From Podarcis cretensis (taxonomy: Eukaryota): a stretch of 64,000 nt of DNA. Below, piece by piece: positions 11,450-24,207 of this stretch; the first letter of the stretch is position 1; every line of letters starts with the position of its first letter. The notes below the pieces were generated by a model. That model saw nothing but the letters and a program-made list of their open reading frames with translations. It was not told the origin of the DNA and ran no database searches. Both the position numbers and the translations under genes were made by a program. Where the stretch lies: the NCBI GenBank assembly GCA_951804945.1, contig OX638159.1:61814001-61878000 (forward strand). Reading direction: 5' to 3'.

Positions 11450-13814
11450 CTAGTTAAAATGCATATATGGAACTGCTCTTCGTTAGTGGAGATATGGTGC
11501 ACCTATGCATAATTATGCACATTTAGAGATGGTATTTTTCATAGACAGAATCCCAGCAAATACAACTATGTGGCATGTGCAATAGGCAAACTTACAGTTT
11601 AACAGTAAAAGCTAAGGAATATATCAAAAATTGATAATTACATAAATATATCAAATTCACCCAGGTAGAAAACTGCAGGAAAATTTGGGTAAAGTTTTCT
11701 TCTTCTTGGGCTCTTAAAAAGAGGCACTGCAAATCCGTGCAGATTTTACCCACACATTTAACACCCGAAATAATCTGTAGGTTGTGTGGCTTATACTGCA
11801 GGAACAATGGGAAAACAAAGTCACCCACAAAATACCTATCCAGACTCTACATATATTTAAATTACAAACGTGTGCCACATACAGACATAGTTTTGAGTGG
11901 GGGAAAAACACACACATAAGGGATAAAATATTTGTCTACATGTTACGGTGAGTGTTCTAAATGTGGTGTCTGCCCTGTTTAGCACTGAAATTTGGGACAT
12001 TGGCATAATGAAAATAGGATTGTTCATATTCACATATGAATGCTTAAATCCATTAAAGTTTAGACAGTTCTCTCTCATCCTTTCCATGAAATGTTTATAA
12101 GTTTGCAAACTTCAAGCTTAAATCACGAATTAAGCTGGATTTAATACTGTTGAAGTTATTTTTTGATCCCTGCATGCTCAAGAGCACACAGCCGGCTTCT
12201 TAAAAATAAACAGATTTTACATTATTATTATTTTTACAATTATTTTTGATTGCTTGGGTACCGGACAGTGAACGTTGTCATCTTTTAACATGATGTCACA
12301 CTCAAAGCAACACTCCTATATTAATGGATCATGATCCAAAATCCGTTCCTTTTTTCAGAACTGGAAGAGAACTCCTTTTCATTCCAACAGTTTGCATGGA
12401 AGCTCCAGAAACATGAGAGAAAAACATGACTGTGTGTCCATAATGGGCACCTGTAGAGATATGAAAAAAATGTAGATATACAAAATATGCATATTGGCCC
12501 ATAAAATATTTAAGAACTCCCCCCCCCCTCACATGAGCATTAGTAGTATTCTAGGTACAGGTGTGTCCCGCTGGTGCTAAGGGATATGCAGCTGTTTTGC
12601 TCCTTTCTGAAGCGGATTTTGCAGGCTTCGCTCTGTGCGAAAGTGGCAGGTGACTTGAAGGCTGCTGGAGAGCCTTACATGCCAAGTCGAATGTGATACG
12701 TAGCTGTTTGTTCATTATCCTAATTTAATGATACAGTCACACCTAATTAATCCATGTCTGGTTTCCTTGTGTGCTGTGTCTGGGTCCGGGGAAAAGGATA
12801 ATTTCAAAGCTAGCCTGGCTGTTTTTACAGCGCTGTGGGTATCTGGACCTCTGTGTGAGGTTTTTGTCAGCAGCAGGTTTAAAGCCCAAAAGCTTTGCAG
12901 TTTTCAAACGATCTGTGGATTGACTGTATATTCTGGCATTCTCCCCCCCCCCCCCACCCCTGAATGTAGACACACATGAAACATAGAGAGAGAGACATAC
13001 GTAGAAGACCCAAGTCACATATGCACAGAAATAACCCCCCCCCCATCCTTTAAAGCTCAATAGCAATATACAACCCGCTCTTCAAATGCACACACAAATT
13101 TATTTGTTGGTCTTATGCAGTGTGGCTTTCGAAGCAGTCTTCAGGTAATTGTAAGTGCTATAAAACTGCGCATTCTTTCACTGAGAAGGAGATCGTCAAG
13201 CAATCTATCACTTGGGATCTGTGGGAATCTCCTGATTATACAGCTTTTGTGCCAGACTTTAGTTGGCTGATCATCTTAGGGGCAGGGAAAGGAGGGGGTG
13301 ATTCTGAAGCTCTGGAAAGGAGAAGGATACAGTTGCTAGTTAAAGATTTTTTTTGAGGAGGGGGAGGGTATCGCAACACCACCTTACCTGCAACAGCAAT
13401 AGCCGTAAGGTGATAAATGTACCGGCCGTGTTCCTTTAAGGATCTGCGAGCGTTCTAAGGAAGATCCAATCCCAAAGGTGGCCATTTAGCCGTTCATTAT
13501 TAATAGCATCAATAGTTTGGTTGACCAGCCGCACCAGTCCGTGTATATAAAGGGACTGCTGACGGTAACGTTCAAGGAGGGCAGACGATGCAGAATTTAC
13601 AAAATTGCCCACATGTAATATTAATTGCATTGATTGCTTCTAATAATATGGTGAAGTAATGATGTTTTGAAGTGGTCCTTGGAAGTGCTGCAAGAGACAC
13701 AGATACCTTTCTCCTGAGCCAATTGTGTCCGGGCTGGAAACTCCTTGAAAGCTAACCTATGGAAGACTCACAAGCCCTGCTTATTATCCCTTTCCCGTTT
13801 GGAAGCAAAAAAGA

Positions 13815-13856
13815 TCCTTTCTTCCTTCCTTTCTTCCTTCCTTTCTTCCTTCCTTC

Positions 13857-13890
<34 letters not shown>
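13815..13890. repeat. (TTCC)n(TTTC)n microsatellite
   Basis: Direct observation. Confidence 0.95.
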
Positions 13891-14643
13891 CAGCAGTTAG
13901 TGTTTTTTTTAAAAAAATAATAATATTATTTTGCCCAGTTTCACCGCAGACACTGGAGGATGACATCATTTCTGAAGCTCTCCCCACCCTCTAACTTAAA
14001 CAGCTTAAGTTGGAGAGGGAAGAGGCAGATGTTGGCTTTCTTGCCAGCCCCCTCCCACCCGAAAAGTTGAGAACAGAAATATAAGACAGCCCAAAGGCCT
14101 GATCCAAAATGGATTGGATTTTCAAACAATCCTTGTCCCCTCCCTTCGCTTCGCACTTCCATAGAGCATCTGTAGTTTGCAGCGTCCTATCGATCAAGAC
14201 CATAAGTTTGGAACTGTTATGCAAGCTATTATTCATGGGGGAAAGGAACTACCTACAATATGCATCCTGACTGCCTTATACTCTGATAAATCTCATCATA
14301 GCAAGGCTCACTTGCTTTACAGTATACTAACTACTCCCTCTCCAGCAATCCACACCTATCTCAGCACATCATTGCACTCATTCGGTTACCCCATTCAGCT
14401 TGAACAGTCTTACTCTGGCTGCTTAGGATGGTTCATGTTTTACCCTAATTCTCCGGGATACTTTGCTCATATCTTGCTTTAGTTTTCTGGTATAGTCAGC
14501 TCACGTGTATCTTTAGCTGCCCAGGCTAGGTGGCTTGTAACTAACCCTTGTTGACTGGGATGTTCTGCTACTTGTCCTGGACAGACAGTTTGCATGACGC
14601 TCTTTGTTAATTTGACCGGGAGAATGAAAGTGCTTGCTTTTGC

Positions 14644-14644
14644 A

Positions 14645-14705
<61 letters not shown>
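14644..14705. repeat. (GA)n microsatellite
   Basis: Direct observation. Confidence 0.95.
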
Positions 14706-14709
<4 letters not shown>

Positions 14710-16049
14710 GCTCTTGTAAAGCTATTTATTTGAACAAGTGCACTAGCTAGGGATCGGATGCAAGGCTGATTTCTTCCTTTGTTATTTAAAGAAATTTATA
14801 GCCCACTGAAAGCGGCTGATGGAAAAAAATAAAACATACAATATGTGAATGTTTAAACATAAGTCCATAGTGCAAAGGCCTCCTGAAGTAAAATCATTTT
14901 TACTTAGCCTCTGAAATGTGGCAGGGACTGCGCTTGCTTGATTCCTAGTGAGAGAAAATTCCACAGAGTGGGGCTCACTACACAGTTGTCTTTTTGGTCT
15001 ATGGGAAAACCACTCATATGATCTCATTGATGAACTTGAGCTGTGCTGTGAAACATGAACTAAGTTGAAACATGAACTAAGTTGTACACTAGTACAAGAA
15101 TATTGAGGAGACAGGAAGCCACTGCAGAACTTCCTAACCCCTGTCTCATGTTTTGGCAGTAGTCATCTCAGGGAGCACCTGTTGGGGGCAGCTGTGGGAA
15201 AGAACTATTTTGGGATGGAGGGAATCACTGGAATTGATTATCTGGAAAGGTGACAGTGCTGGTACTTAAGTAGCTATGTTATGAGGGGCTCTGGAGATAA
15301 GTCTGGGAGGGAGGGAGGGAGGGAGGGAGGGAGGAAGCTGTTGATGCTCAGGCAATGCCACAGACTGACTTGGAACCCGTTACAATCTTTCCATGTGGTG
15401 GCTCTCACTGGCTGCTTGAATGGGTAGCTTTGGGCCTGGAGCCATAAGAACAATACAAGCTAAAGGCCCATCTATTTCAGCATCCTGTTTCCCCAAGGTG
15501 GCAAACTAGATGGCTCTGGAAAGTCTGCAAGCAGGACATGAATGAAATAGCACTTTATGGAAGCTGTTTCCCAGCAACTGATATTCAGATACAGGATGCC
15601 TCTGACTTTGCAAAGATGGCATTCCCTCGTGTGAATCTGCCTGGGCCCTGTGATCTTCGGGGAAAACTCTTCTCTTGGTTTCTCCACCGTCACAGGCATG
15701 TTTGGTGGGGTCACAGGAGAGAGCCTTCTCAGTGGCTGCTCCCAGACTTTGGAACTAGCCAGCTCCTTCCTTGTTGTCCTTCCATCGGCAGCTGAATACC
15801 ATTTTGTTCCAGCAGACTTTTAGGAACTGACTGTTTTTAAGGAAGGGGGTGGTGCTATTATGTTTTTACTGCTGTTGTTATTCATCTTTTTCAGAAGATT
15901 TGTGTCGTTATATTGTTTTAATTTTATTAGCGTTAAATTACTTTTTAATGATCTTTTTTTCAGTGCTTTTAGCATTTCTATTTTATGCGTGGTTTGTATT
16001 TTTATTTGTAAGTCGTTTTGAGACCCAGCCTGGGGAAAAGGCAGGATAT

Positions 16050-16080
<31 letters not shown>

Positions 16081-18521
16081 CAGAAATTCATTCACTGTGT
16101 ATTTTCAAGCAAACCAATGTAATCCACCAGTTCTGGATTTATGTCCAGCATGAAATTGATCAGATTATGCACTTACTATTTGAATTTGGTAGTGCAGTTA
16201 TGGGTCTAAAAATGCACATGCATTTTTTGTATGGGAGGGGATGCACACAAACTTGTATGTTTTAGCGGGGAAATGCACCAAAAAGCATACAAAAAAACCA
16301 TGTGATTCAGAGCAAGTGCATAAATGCATGCACAATTGTATAATATAAATGCAAGGTTTTGACACGTTATTAAAAACTCTGCGAAAATAAATAGATAGAG
16401 CTAGGTGACTGAATGCATCTGAAACCAACACATGGCAGTAATAGCCTGATCTTTCCTTCCCTAACCCCCATCAATGTTTGCTGGGCCAACTGAGTAGGGT
16501 GGGGTAAGGTGTCACTGTGCTCAGCACAAATGGATATCTGCTCCTGATTAACTCCAGCCATTTAGGCTCAAACTCTGAAAGCCCCCTTGTGGGACACACT
16601 AGAGCATGATGGAACTAATATGTGCATTGATAGATATATATTCGCATGACTTTCTATTGTTTTGTTGCCTCCCGCTTTTTTAGAGAGAGGAGGTATATTA
16701 TGACAGGCTGAATGAGTATGCTCCACCTTTCCTCCAAACACCTCAAGGTGTTGTGCAAAGTTCTCCCTCTCACCATTTTATCTTCACACCAACCCTGTGA
16801 GCTGAGCTAGGCTTCATGGCTTTGTGAGGACTAGAACCCTAGCTGATGCTCCAGCCACTATTCAACACTCTCCACGAACAACAAGGAAGACCCTTTATCT
16901 GCGGTAACTTTCTAATTACTCCTGGTCATTTTTAAATGCATGCACCCTGTGCACTGGTCTCCTCAAGTCATTGACTGCTGGCATGTTGCCTTGAATGGAC
17001 CAGCACATGTAGTAAGTGCATTTTAGATTTACGTGGAAACCTCACAAAGGTAAGGGCATTCCTCCAATGCTAGCTATTGTATAAATCAAGAATAAAAGAA
17101 GAAATCATAGTTGCTTTCGGCAGGAATTCGTATATGCATATCATCGGGGAGAAGCAGCTTTTGCATTCTACAAGCAAGCACAGGAAAAGTTAGCACCAAA
17201 GTGAAACCAAATAAAACCCCAGTCTTTTGCCCTTTGTTGCTTGGTGATGGCTACTGGGATTTCGCAAACTTCTGGGCCTTGTACTCCTGCTGGAATCGCA
17301 AGAGCCTGTAGTGGGAAAAGAATGCTGAAATCCCAGTGTCAGCCCCAGCTGTGACCGCCATTGTATCTGAGGTCTTTAAACATCACAAGGAATTTGTGTC
17401 CGTGAGTATTGTTGAAAGTGCAACTGGACTGTGCTGGTTGATGAGCTTTCCAGAACACAGAACCCCATAATAGTAAGGAAGGGCTGCACAGAGAGGTAGT
17501 ATACCTGGTTTGCAGGTAGAAGGTCTCAGGTTCTCTAGGTGGAGCTAGGGGAGAAACCATGTCTGAAATCTAGATATACCAATAGTCTGACTCGTGTACA
17601 AGGCTGCTTGCTATGTTCCATCCCATGCCACGTTCAAGATGAAAGACACAAAGGGGCAGATCTGAACCCCGCAATTTTCAGTTTAAAAGCATTTAACCCT
17701 TCCACGCGTCCTCCTGCTGCTCCACCGGGAGGAATCCTTCTGCGACGGTTTGCATAAGGACCCGGCACATGTCTGTCAAATCGACGGAGAGGTGACCATG
17801 GGCTTCAGTTAGCTGAAGTTAGCTTTGTCGTTGTGGCAAAACAGCTTCCCGGTTGGCAGGGGTGTATGCCATTGTGCCTGATCCCCGCTCGCGGCAAGTC
17901 CCAGACAAAAGGTGTTATGTAAGGATAGAGCATTATTAGCAGAGGGAAGGGAGAGGCAGAGAGACCTGGAGGAGGAGGGGGAGAGGGGATTTATTTAAAA
18001 GGATCAGGAGAGGGACTTAGTTTCTCAGGGTACCTCCAGATGGCAGCTTTGTATGTTTTCTGCACAGCCCGTATGCGCTGAGCTGGATGTGCAGGACAAA
18101 GACAGTGGCTTGCTGAAGCAAGTCGAGGGGTGGTGGGTGGGGAGGAGGGGTTAAGTGTGATTCATCTGTTATTGCAGGGCCCTGTTTGATCCATCTGCAG
18201 AGAAAGCAGGGAAGGAGCAGAGGCATTGCAGAATTAAATTTCAGGCAACTGTGCACCCCGGAGACCACAGTTATGGGTCTATCTCTCCTTTTCTCTTTCC
18301 ATTTCCCTCTCAGTCTCTCATTTCTCCACTCTTAGGTTCAGTTCTCTGTGTCACAATGCCAACATGCTTTTTTTTAAAAAAAGACGCACTTATCAAAATG
18401 CATCAGTTATTCCCCCCCCCCCAATATTTACATTTCTGCATGAAGTTTTCACTTAATACACACATTTTTTTGCAGAGCCATTTTCCATACCTCGGTGCAA
18501 TTGTGTACACTTTCCCTTCTA

Positions 18522-18934
18522 CAGTGGTACCTTGGGTTAAGTACTCAGTGGCGTAGCGTGGGGGGTGCAGGGGGGGCGGCTGCACCGGGCGCAACATCTG
18601 GGGGTTAGGGAAATCCACGGGTTAGGGGGCGCAAATCCACGGGTTAGGGGGCGCAAATCCATGGGTTAGGGGGTGCAAATTACTTGCCTTGCCCCGGTTG
18701 CTGATAACCCACGCTACGCCACTGTAAGTACTTAATTCGTTTTGGAGGTCCGTTCTTAACCTGAAACTGTTCTTAACCTGAAGCACCCCTTTAGCTAATG
18801 GGGCCTCCTGCTTATGCCGCACCGCCGGAGCACGATTTCAGTTCTCATCCTGAAGCAAAGTTCTTAACCCGAGGTAATATTTCTGGGTTAGCGGAGTCTG
18901 TAACCTGAAGCGTATGTAACTCGAGGTATCACTG
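18522..18934. mobile_element. Tc1/mariner (Tigger/pogo-like) MITE interrupted by a hAT MITE
   Basis: TA|CAGTGGTACCT...AGGTATCACTG|TA; body matches the copies at 28303, 29560, 30986, 43795 and 52317. Confidence 0.85.
18546..18724. mobile_element. 179-bp hAT-type MITE with internal 22-bp G-rich tandem repeat
   Basis: Perfect 17-bp TIR CAGTGGCGTAGCGTGGG; 8-bp TSD TAAGTACT (18538-18545, 18725-18732). Confidence 0.9.
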
Positions 18935-19727
18935 TACTAACATGTTTGTCTCTATGCATGTTTTGAGCCAGTATATGCGTTTTTGTACGCATTGTGAAAT
19001 TTGGAGAAGTTGTGGATATTGAACAATGGCTGTGTTTCAATGTGCATAGAGTTTCAGTAAGTGTGATTTAGGTACGTTCACTGCTTAATGAGGACTGAAT
19101 TAAATTCCTTCCCCATTCCTAAGGAACTGGAAGAGGGTTTTTTTATTTGTTGTTGGAGGAGGAAAATAATCCCCCCCCCAATGTTCAAATATTTTAAGAA
19201 TGAGTTTGTTAGAAGCATCTGCTTTGATCAGTTTAACTGCTAGGCTAAGTTGCTGGATTAAGCTATGAAGGCAATTTGCAATCAATAGTGCAGTAAGTCA
19301 TGGGATGAGTGGGGTAGAAGGAGGGGACTGATTTGGTTTTGGTCATATTCATGCAATAGGAAATGAAGCAAATATGTGGCAGGTGGCCTGTGCCATTTGC
19401 TTACTATTTTCAGTATTTTATACCCCCCCTCCAATTATAGTTCCAAGGTGGCTTACAAATATATATATATGGAACAATTAAAATGCATATAAAAGAAGCT
19501 AAGAGCCACAAAATCACAAAAGCAGCATAAAAACAGGCAGCAGGAGAAAAATTGCATTGAAGAAACTCTGAGAAATAAATACTTTTTGCCCAGCACTGAA
19601 AGGCAAGTAAGAGAAATATCAGGTTAACTGAGTAAGGATGTGAATCCTGGTCTCCCAAATACTGACACTAACCATTACACCACACTGTCTCTTTTTTTAA
19701 TACTAATCTGCAATGGGTGGAGAAGAG

Positions 19728-19820
19728 CATAGTTGTCAACTTTCCCCTTTTCTTGCGAGGAATCCTGTTCGGAATAAGGGGATTTCCCTTTTAAAAAAAA
19801 GGGAAATGTTGATAGCTATG
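19728..19820. mobile_element. 93-bp hAT-type MITE
   Basis: TIRs CATAGTTGTCAAC / GTTGATAGCTATG; 8-bp TSD GAGAAGAG. Confidence 0.85.
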
Positions 19821-20075
19821 GAGAAGAGGGATCCTCACAGAAGCAGAAATTCACGTATTGCCCCTCAAAACTGGCGTTTGTAAGCACCTCGCATCAAAAT
19901 CTAAAACCCATTTTAGTATTAATTGGAATAAAACTCATTTGAGTGAAGAACTGTGTTCAAACATTCAGAAATTGGGAAGGCCGGTTGAAAGCTAAGGGTG
20001 CTTCCTGACTATTGCTACTTTTGGGGTGTGACTCCATCAGCTCGATACATAGGCCTGTAGAGTTTCAAATGTGCT

Positions 20076-20588
20076 CTACCTTTGAAGGTGACCCGGAAAC
20101 TACAACTAATCCAGAATGCGGCAGCTAGACTGGTGACTGGGAGCGGCCACCGAGAACACATAACAGCGGTCTTGAAATACCTACATTGGCTCCCAGTACA
20201 TTTCCAAGCACAATTCAAAGTGTTGGTGCCGACCTTTAAAGCCCTAAATGGCCTCGGCCCAGTAGACCTGAAGGAGCTCTCCACCCCCATCATTCTGCCC
20301 GGACACTGAGGTCCAGTGCTGAGGACCTTCTGGCAGTTCCCTCACTGCGAGAAGCAAAGCTACAGGGAACCAGGCAGAGGGCCTTCTAAGTAGTGGCACC
20401 TGCCCTGTGGAACGCCCTCCCATCAGATGTCAAAGAGAAAAACAACTACCTGACATTTAGAAGACATCTGAAGGCAGCCCTGTTCAGGGAAGTTTTTAAT
20501 GTGTGACATTTTAATGTATTTTTAATCTTTGTTGGAAGCTGCCTAGAGTGGCTGGGGAAACTCAGCCAGATGGGTGGGGTACAAATAA

Positions 20589-20630
<42 letters not shown>
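20076..20630 (+). mobile_element. L2 LINE 3' fragment (ORF2 C-terminus, 3'UTR, (TTA)n tail)
   Basis: Peptide KLQLIQNAAARLVTG..HITAVLKYLHWLPVHFQAQFKVL is the typical post-RT motif of L2-clade ORF2; frameshifted downstream. Confidence 0.85.
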
Positions 20631-20634
<4 letters not shown>

Positions 20635-21828
20635 TCAAAGGACCCAAGGACCCATTTAGTCCAACGCCCTGCAATGCCCCTGTATCACAACAATAGAATC
20701 CCTGCCGATGACCCTCCCACCTCTGTTTAAAAATCTCCCATAAAGGAGAGTGCATCACCTTCCAAGGCAAGTTATTCCACTGTCATCAGAAAGCCCCGTC
20801 CTAATCTTTATTTGGAATCTCATGTCTTGCAATGTTCTCTAACCTCCTCACAAGCAAACCAGAAAGAAAGAAAGCTCATTAAAATGGCCAGTCCCATCGA
20901 ATCCCCAGCCCAACAAATCCTTGTGAATGCTCTGTGAACTTGCCATCTGGAGGTGCCTTGAGTTCCAATCCATGCATTAGCCCAAGAGGTATGCGTCAGG
21001 CCAGTTCATTTTGTGATTTGCAAAGATCGAATCCCTGAACCAAAGTCAGGGGGTACGTCTTCCCATTATTTGCACTGCTGCATTGCATGCTTCTAAGCTT
21101 CCAGAAATGCCTTTAAAATATGCCAAAAAGATGAAGATATATTTGAGGGGAGCACAGCTCAGGGTTAATGAGTAACTCGCTGAACGATCTGTGGGCTGCT
21201 GGCTCTTGCTGCAGCCCTGGTGTCGCCTAACAGTTGGAGGCAAGTCTATCATCTTTTATGCCCTGCTTGTCAGGTTCTGGTGGCAGCTGGCTGAGGTTGG
21301 AAATGATGTGATGAGCTTTGGCGTGATTCAGATAAGCCGTTTTTGCAATCCTATGGAGGTAGCAGGGAGCCACGGTGCTTGGTGGATGGAGCTTGAAATC
21401 TTCTCCTTACCAAATGGAGAGGAGAGCCCAAACCGCTGCCGATACTGGCTTTTTCCAAAAGAGATTACCGTTCATTTTGCACCAAACAGCCCAACTTTTC
21501 CATTAAAGCAAAAAAAGGTTTCTCTCCCTGCTCCCCACTTCACTTTTATTGCATATGTTTATTGCTTCAAAATCCCACCTTCTGCTCCAAGGAGCTGCAG
21601 GTGACACAGATGGTTCTCCCCCTCTATATTTAATCCCCTCAACAACCCTGTGAGGTAGGTTAGGCTGAGAGACAGTGACTGGCCCAAGGTCACCCTTTGA
21701 GCTTCATGGCTGAGCATGGATTTGAACCCTTATTTCCCAGACCCAATCTGACGCTCTTACAGTTTCTCCCTTGTCCTATTTCTGAAAAAGAGTGTATGAT
21801 CTTTCTGGTCTCCCAGCTGTTCTACACT

Positions 21829-22309
21829 TGTTGTTGTTGTTTAGTCATTTAGTCATGTCCGACTCTTCGTGACCCCATGGACCAGAGCACACCAGGCACT
21901 CCTGTCTTCCACTGCCTCCAGCAGCTTGGTCAAATTCATGTTGATAGCTTCAAGAACACTGTCCAACCATCTTGTCCTCTGTCGTCCCCTTCTCCTTGTG
22001 CCCTCAGTCTTTCCCAACACCAGGATCTTTTCCAGGGAGTCTTCTCTTCTCATGAGGTGGACAAAGTACTTGAGCCTCAGCTTCGGGATCTGTCCTTCCA
22101 GTGAGCACTCAGGGCTGATTTCCTTCAGAATGGATAGGTTTGATCTTCTTGCAGTCCATGGGACTCTCAAGAGTCTCCTCCAGCACCATAATTCAAAAGC
22201 ATCAATTCTTCAGTGATCAGCCTTCTTTATGGTCCAGCTCTCACTTCCATACATTACTACTGGGAAAACCATAGCTTTAACTATATGGACCTTTGTCGGC
22301 AAGGTGATG
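21829..22309 (-). mobile_element. RTE-BovB LINE, 5'-truncated
   Basis: Peptides AMVFPVVMYGSESWTIKKAD and RVPWTARRSNLSILKEISPECSLEGQ...LVHGVTKSRT; (CAA)n tail; TSD TCTACACT (21821-21828, 22310-22317). Confidence 0.92.
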
Positions 22310-23509
22310 TCTACACTAGCCTTCCCATTTGTGCTCATTGGGGGGGGGGAAAGAGAAGGCCCACTATACAACCCATCCATGTGTCCCATCCTACCAGTGT
22401 CATCCATCCAGCTTTCTGCCATTGCTAGTGATTTCCTGCTACAGATGCATGCTTGAATGCTTGAATGACCGAGGGGGTGTTAGTGTCTGACTTGAGGCAC
22501 TTTGCCTTCCATGAAAAGCATATGTCTAGCAATGCACCTCTCCCCTAGCAATGCAGATGTCGGGATTGGTAGCAGTCTGCTCCAGGAGTCTCCAGAGATC
22601 AGCATCTTTGAGGTCCTGGAGATTGAGATTGAGACTGTAAAGCAATTTTGCAAGTTAAGGGATCTGTATACAAAAGAATGCTTTTGAAAAGAGATGGGGT
22701 GTGGCTCCCCAGTTGTGGTGATACTCCAATTCCATACCCTCCAACATTTCTCCGAATGGACGTCATAAGGGAAAGTAGGACATTCCAGGATCAAATCGGA
22801 AACTGGTATGGCTTCTCTAAATCAGGGGTGTCCCTGGAAAATAAGGACACTTGGAGGATCTGCAACTCCCATCAGCTCTAGCCAGCATGGCCAATAGTCA
22901 GGGATAGTGGGTGATGTATTTGAGCAGTATCTGGAGAGGCCCTGGCTCTCCATTCTTAGTTTTATAATGACTTTTGGGACATTTGCATCCTCAAATAATT
23001 CTGCATGCCTGTCTCTTGATACATACTTTGTCGGCATGCAAACAAAGTTTAGATTTTCAGGAATGCCCTTAGGCTGATTTATTGATGACCAAAAACTTTG
23101 TTTCTAGTTGCTGATTTTGGCAAATCGTCGTCGTCGTCGTCATCATCATCGTTAGAGCTGCTTTATCATGTGACAATGTGATTTTATTGCTTCAGTTTTA
23201 TTGTTATTTTTTAGAGCTGCTTTGTTAAGGAATTATCCTAAAAGGTTGAGCAGATATAAATGAACTAACAATTGTATTATATGTTCATTACATTTATATT
23301 GTCCCTTTCTGCCATCATGGGACCCAAGGTTTCAGGCATGTGAATGAAAGGTAGCTTCCCATCAGTTCCCATCTAGTTTAGGATTGCCCAAACTGAGTGG
23401 TTCTCCAGGATTTCAGACAGGGGTCTGTCTCACTGCTTTCTTGAAACCCACCTTGGGAGGGTTGAGTTGTTCCTGGCCTGGGCAGGAGTTATAAAATGAA
23501 TCCAATCCA

Positions 23510-23546
<37 letters not shown>

Positions 23547-23843
23547 TACTTACTTACTAACTTATTTCTAGAGATGCTGGAGATGGAACCAGATAGCCTT
23601 TGGCATTTGAAGCTACCTTGAGTGTGATGATACCCTCCTCCATGGCCATACATAGTTATCCATATGGTGGCCAGAGTACTTATGGGGCAATGCCCATAAG
23701 CTATGATGCCATCTTGGTGAAAACCTGTTCCCTTGAGTGCCTGCCCTACCTCCCCCCCCCCAACAATACTTTGGCCCTCTGTGGTTAACACTGAGAGGCC
23801 TGGACCTCATTGACAGGGATTCTCTCTCGTTCTCGCTCTCTTT

Positions 23844-24207
23844 ACAGATAGGTAGCCGTGTTGGTCTGCCATAGTCAAAACAAAATAAAAAAATTCCTTC
23901 CAGTAGCACCTTAAAAACCAACTAAGTTAGTTCTTGGTATGAGCTTTCGTGTGCATGCACACTTCTTCAGATACACTGAAACAGAAGTCACCAGACCCTT
24001 CTATATACTGAGAAGGTGGGGAGGGGTATTACTCAGAAGGGTGGTGGGACTGGGTGATTGGCAGATAGCTGTGATTAGCCTGTTGATGACTCTTAACGAC
24101 CGCAATAGGTCTTACAGGAAAAAGCAAGGGGTGAGAAGGTGAAAAATGGCTTTGTCATGTATAATGAGATAAGAATCCAATGTCTTTGTTCAGACCAGGT
24201 CTCAGAC
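23844..24207 (-). mobile_element. Penelope-like element 3' fragment (ORF C-terminus plus pseudo-LTR)
   Basis: Minus strand 24196-24155 encodes GLNKDIGFLSHYT*, resembling the C-terminus of PLE GIY-YIG domains; hammerhead motif downstream; 12-bp TSD CTCGCTCTCTTT (23832-23843, 24208-24219). Confidence 0.85.
23937..23974 (-). ncRNA. Minimal type I hammerhead ribozyme motif
   Basis: GUAU-CUGAAGA-a-GUGUGCAUGCACAC-GAAA-GC-UC-AUAC: stem I GUAU/AUAC, intact CUGANGA and GAAA cores, stem II hairpin, palindromic AGCU stem III, NUH triplet CUC. Confidence 0.8.

Noticed and set aside
15049-15082. 17-bp perfect tandem duplication TGAAACATGAACTAAGT
   Set aside because: Ordinary slippage duplication with no further structure.
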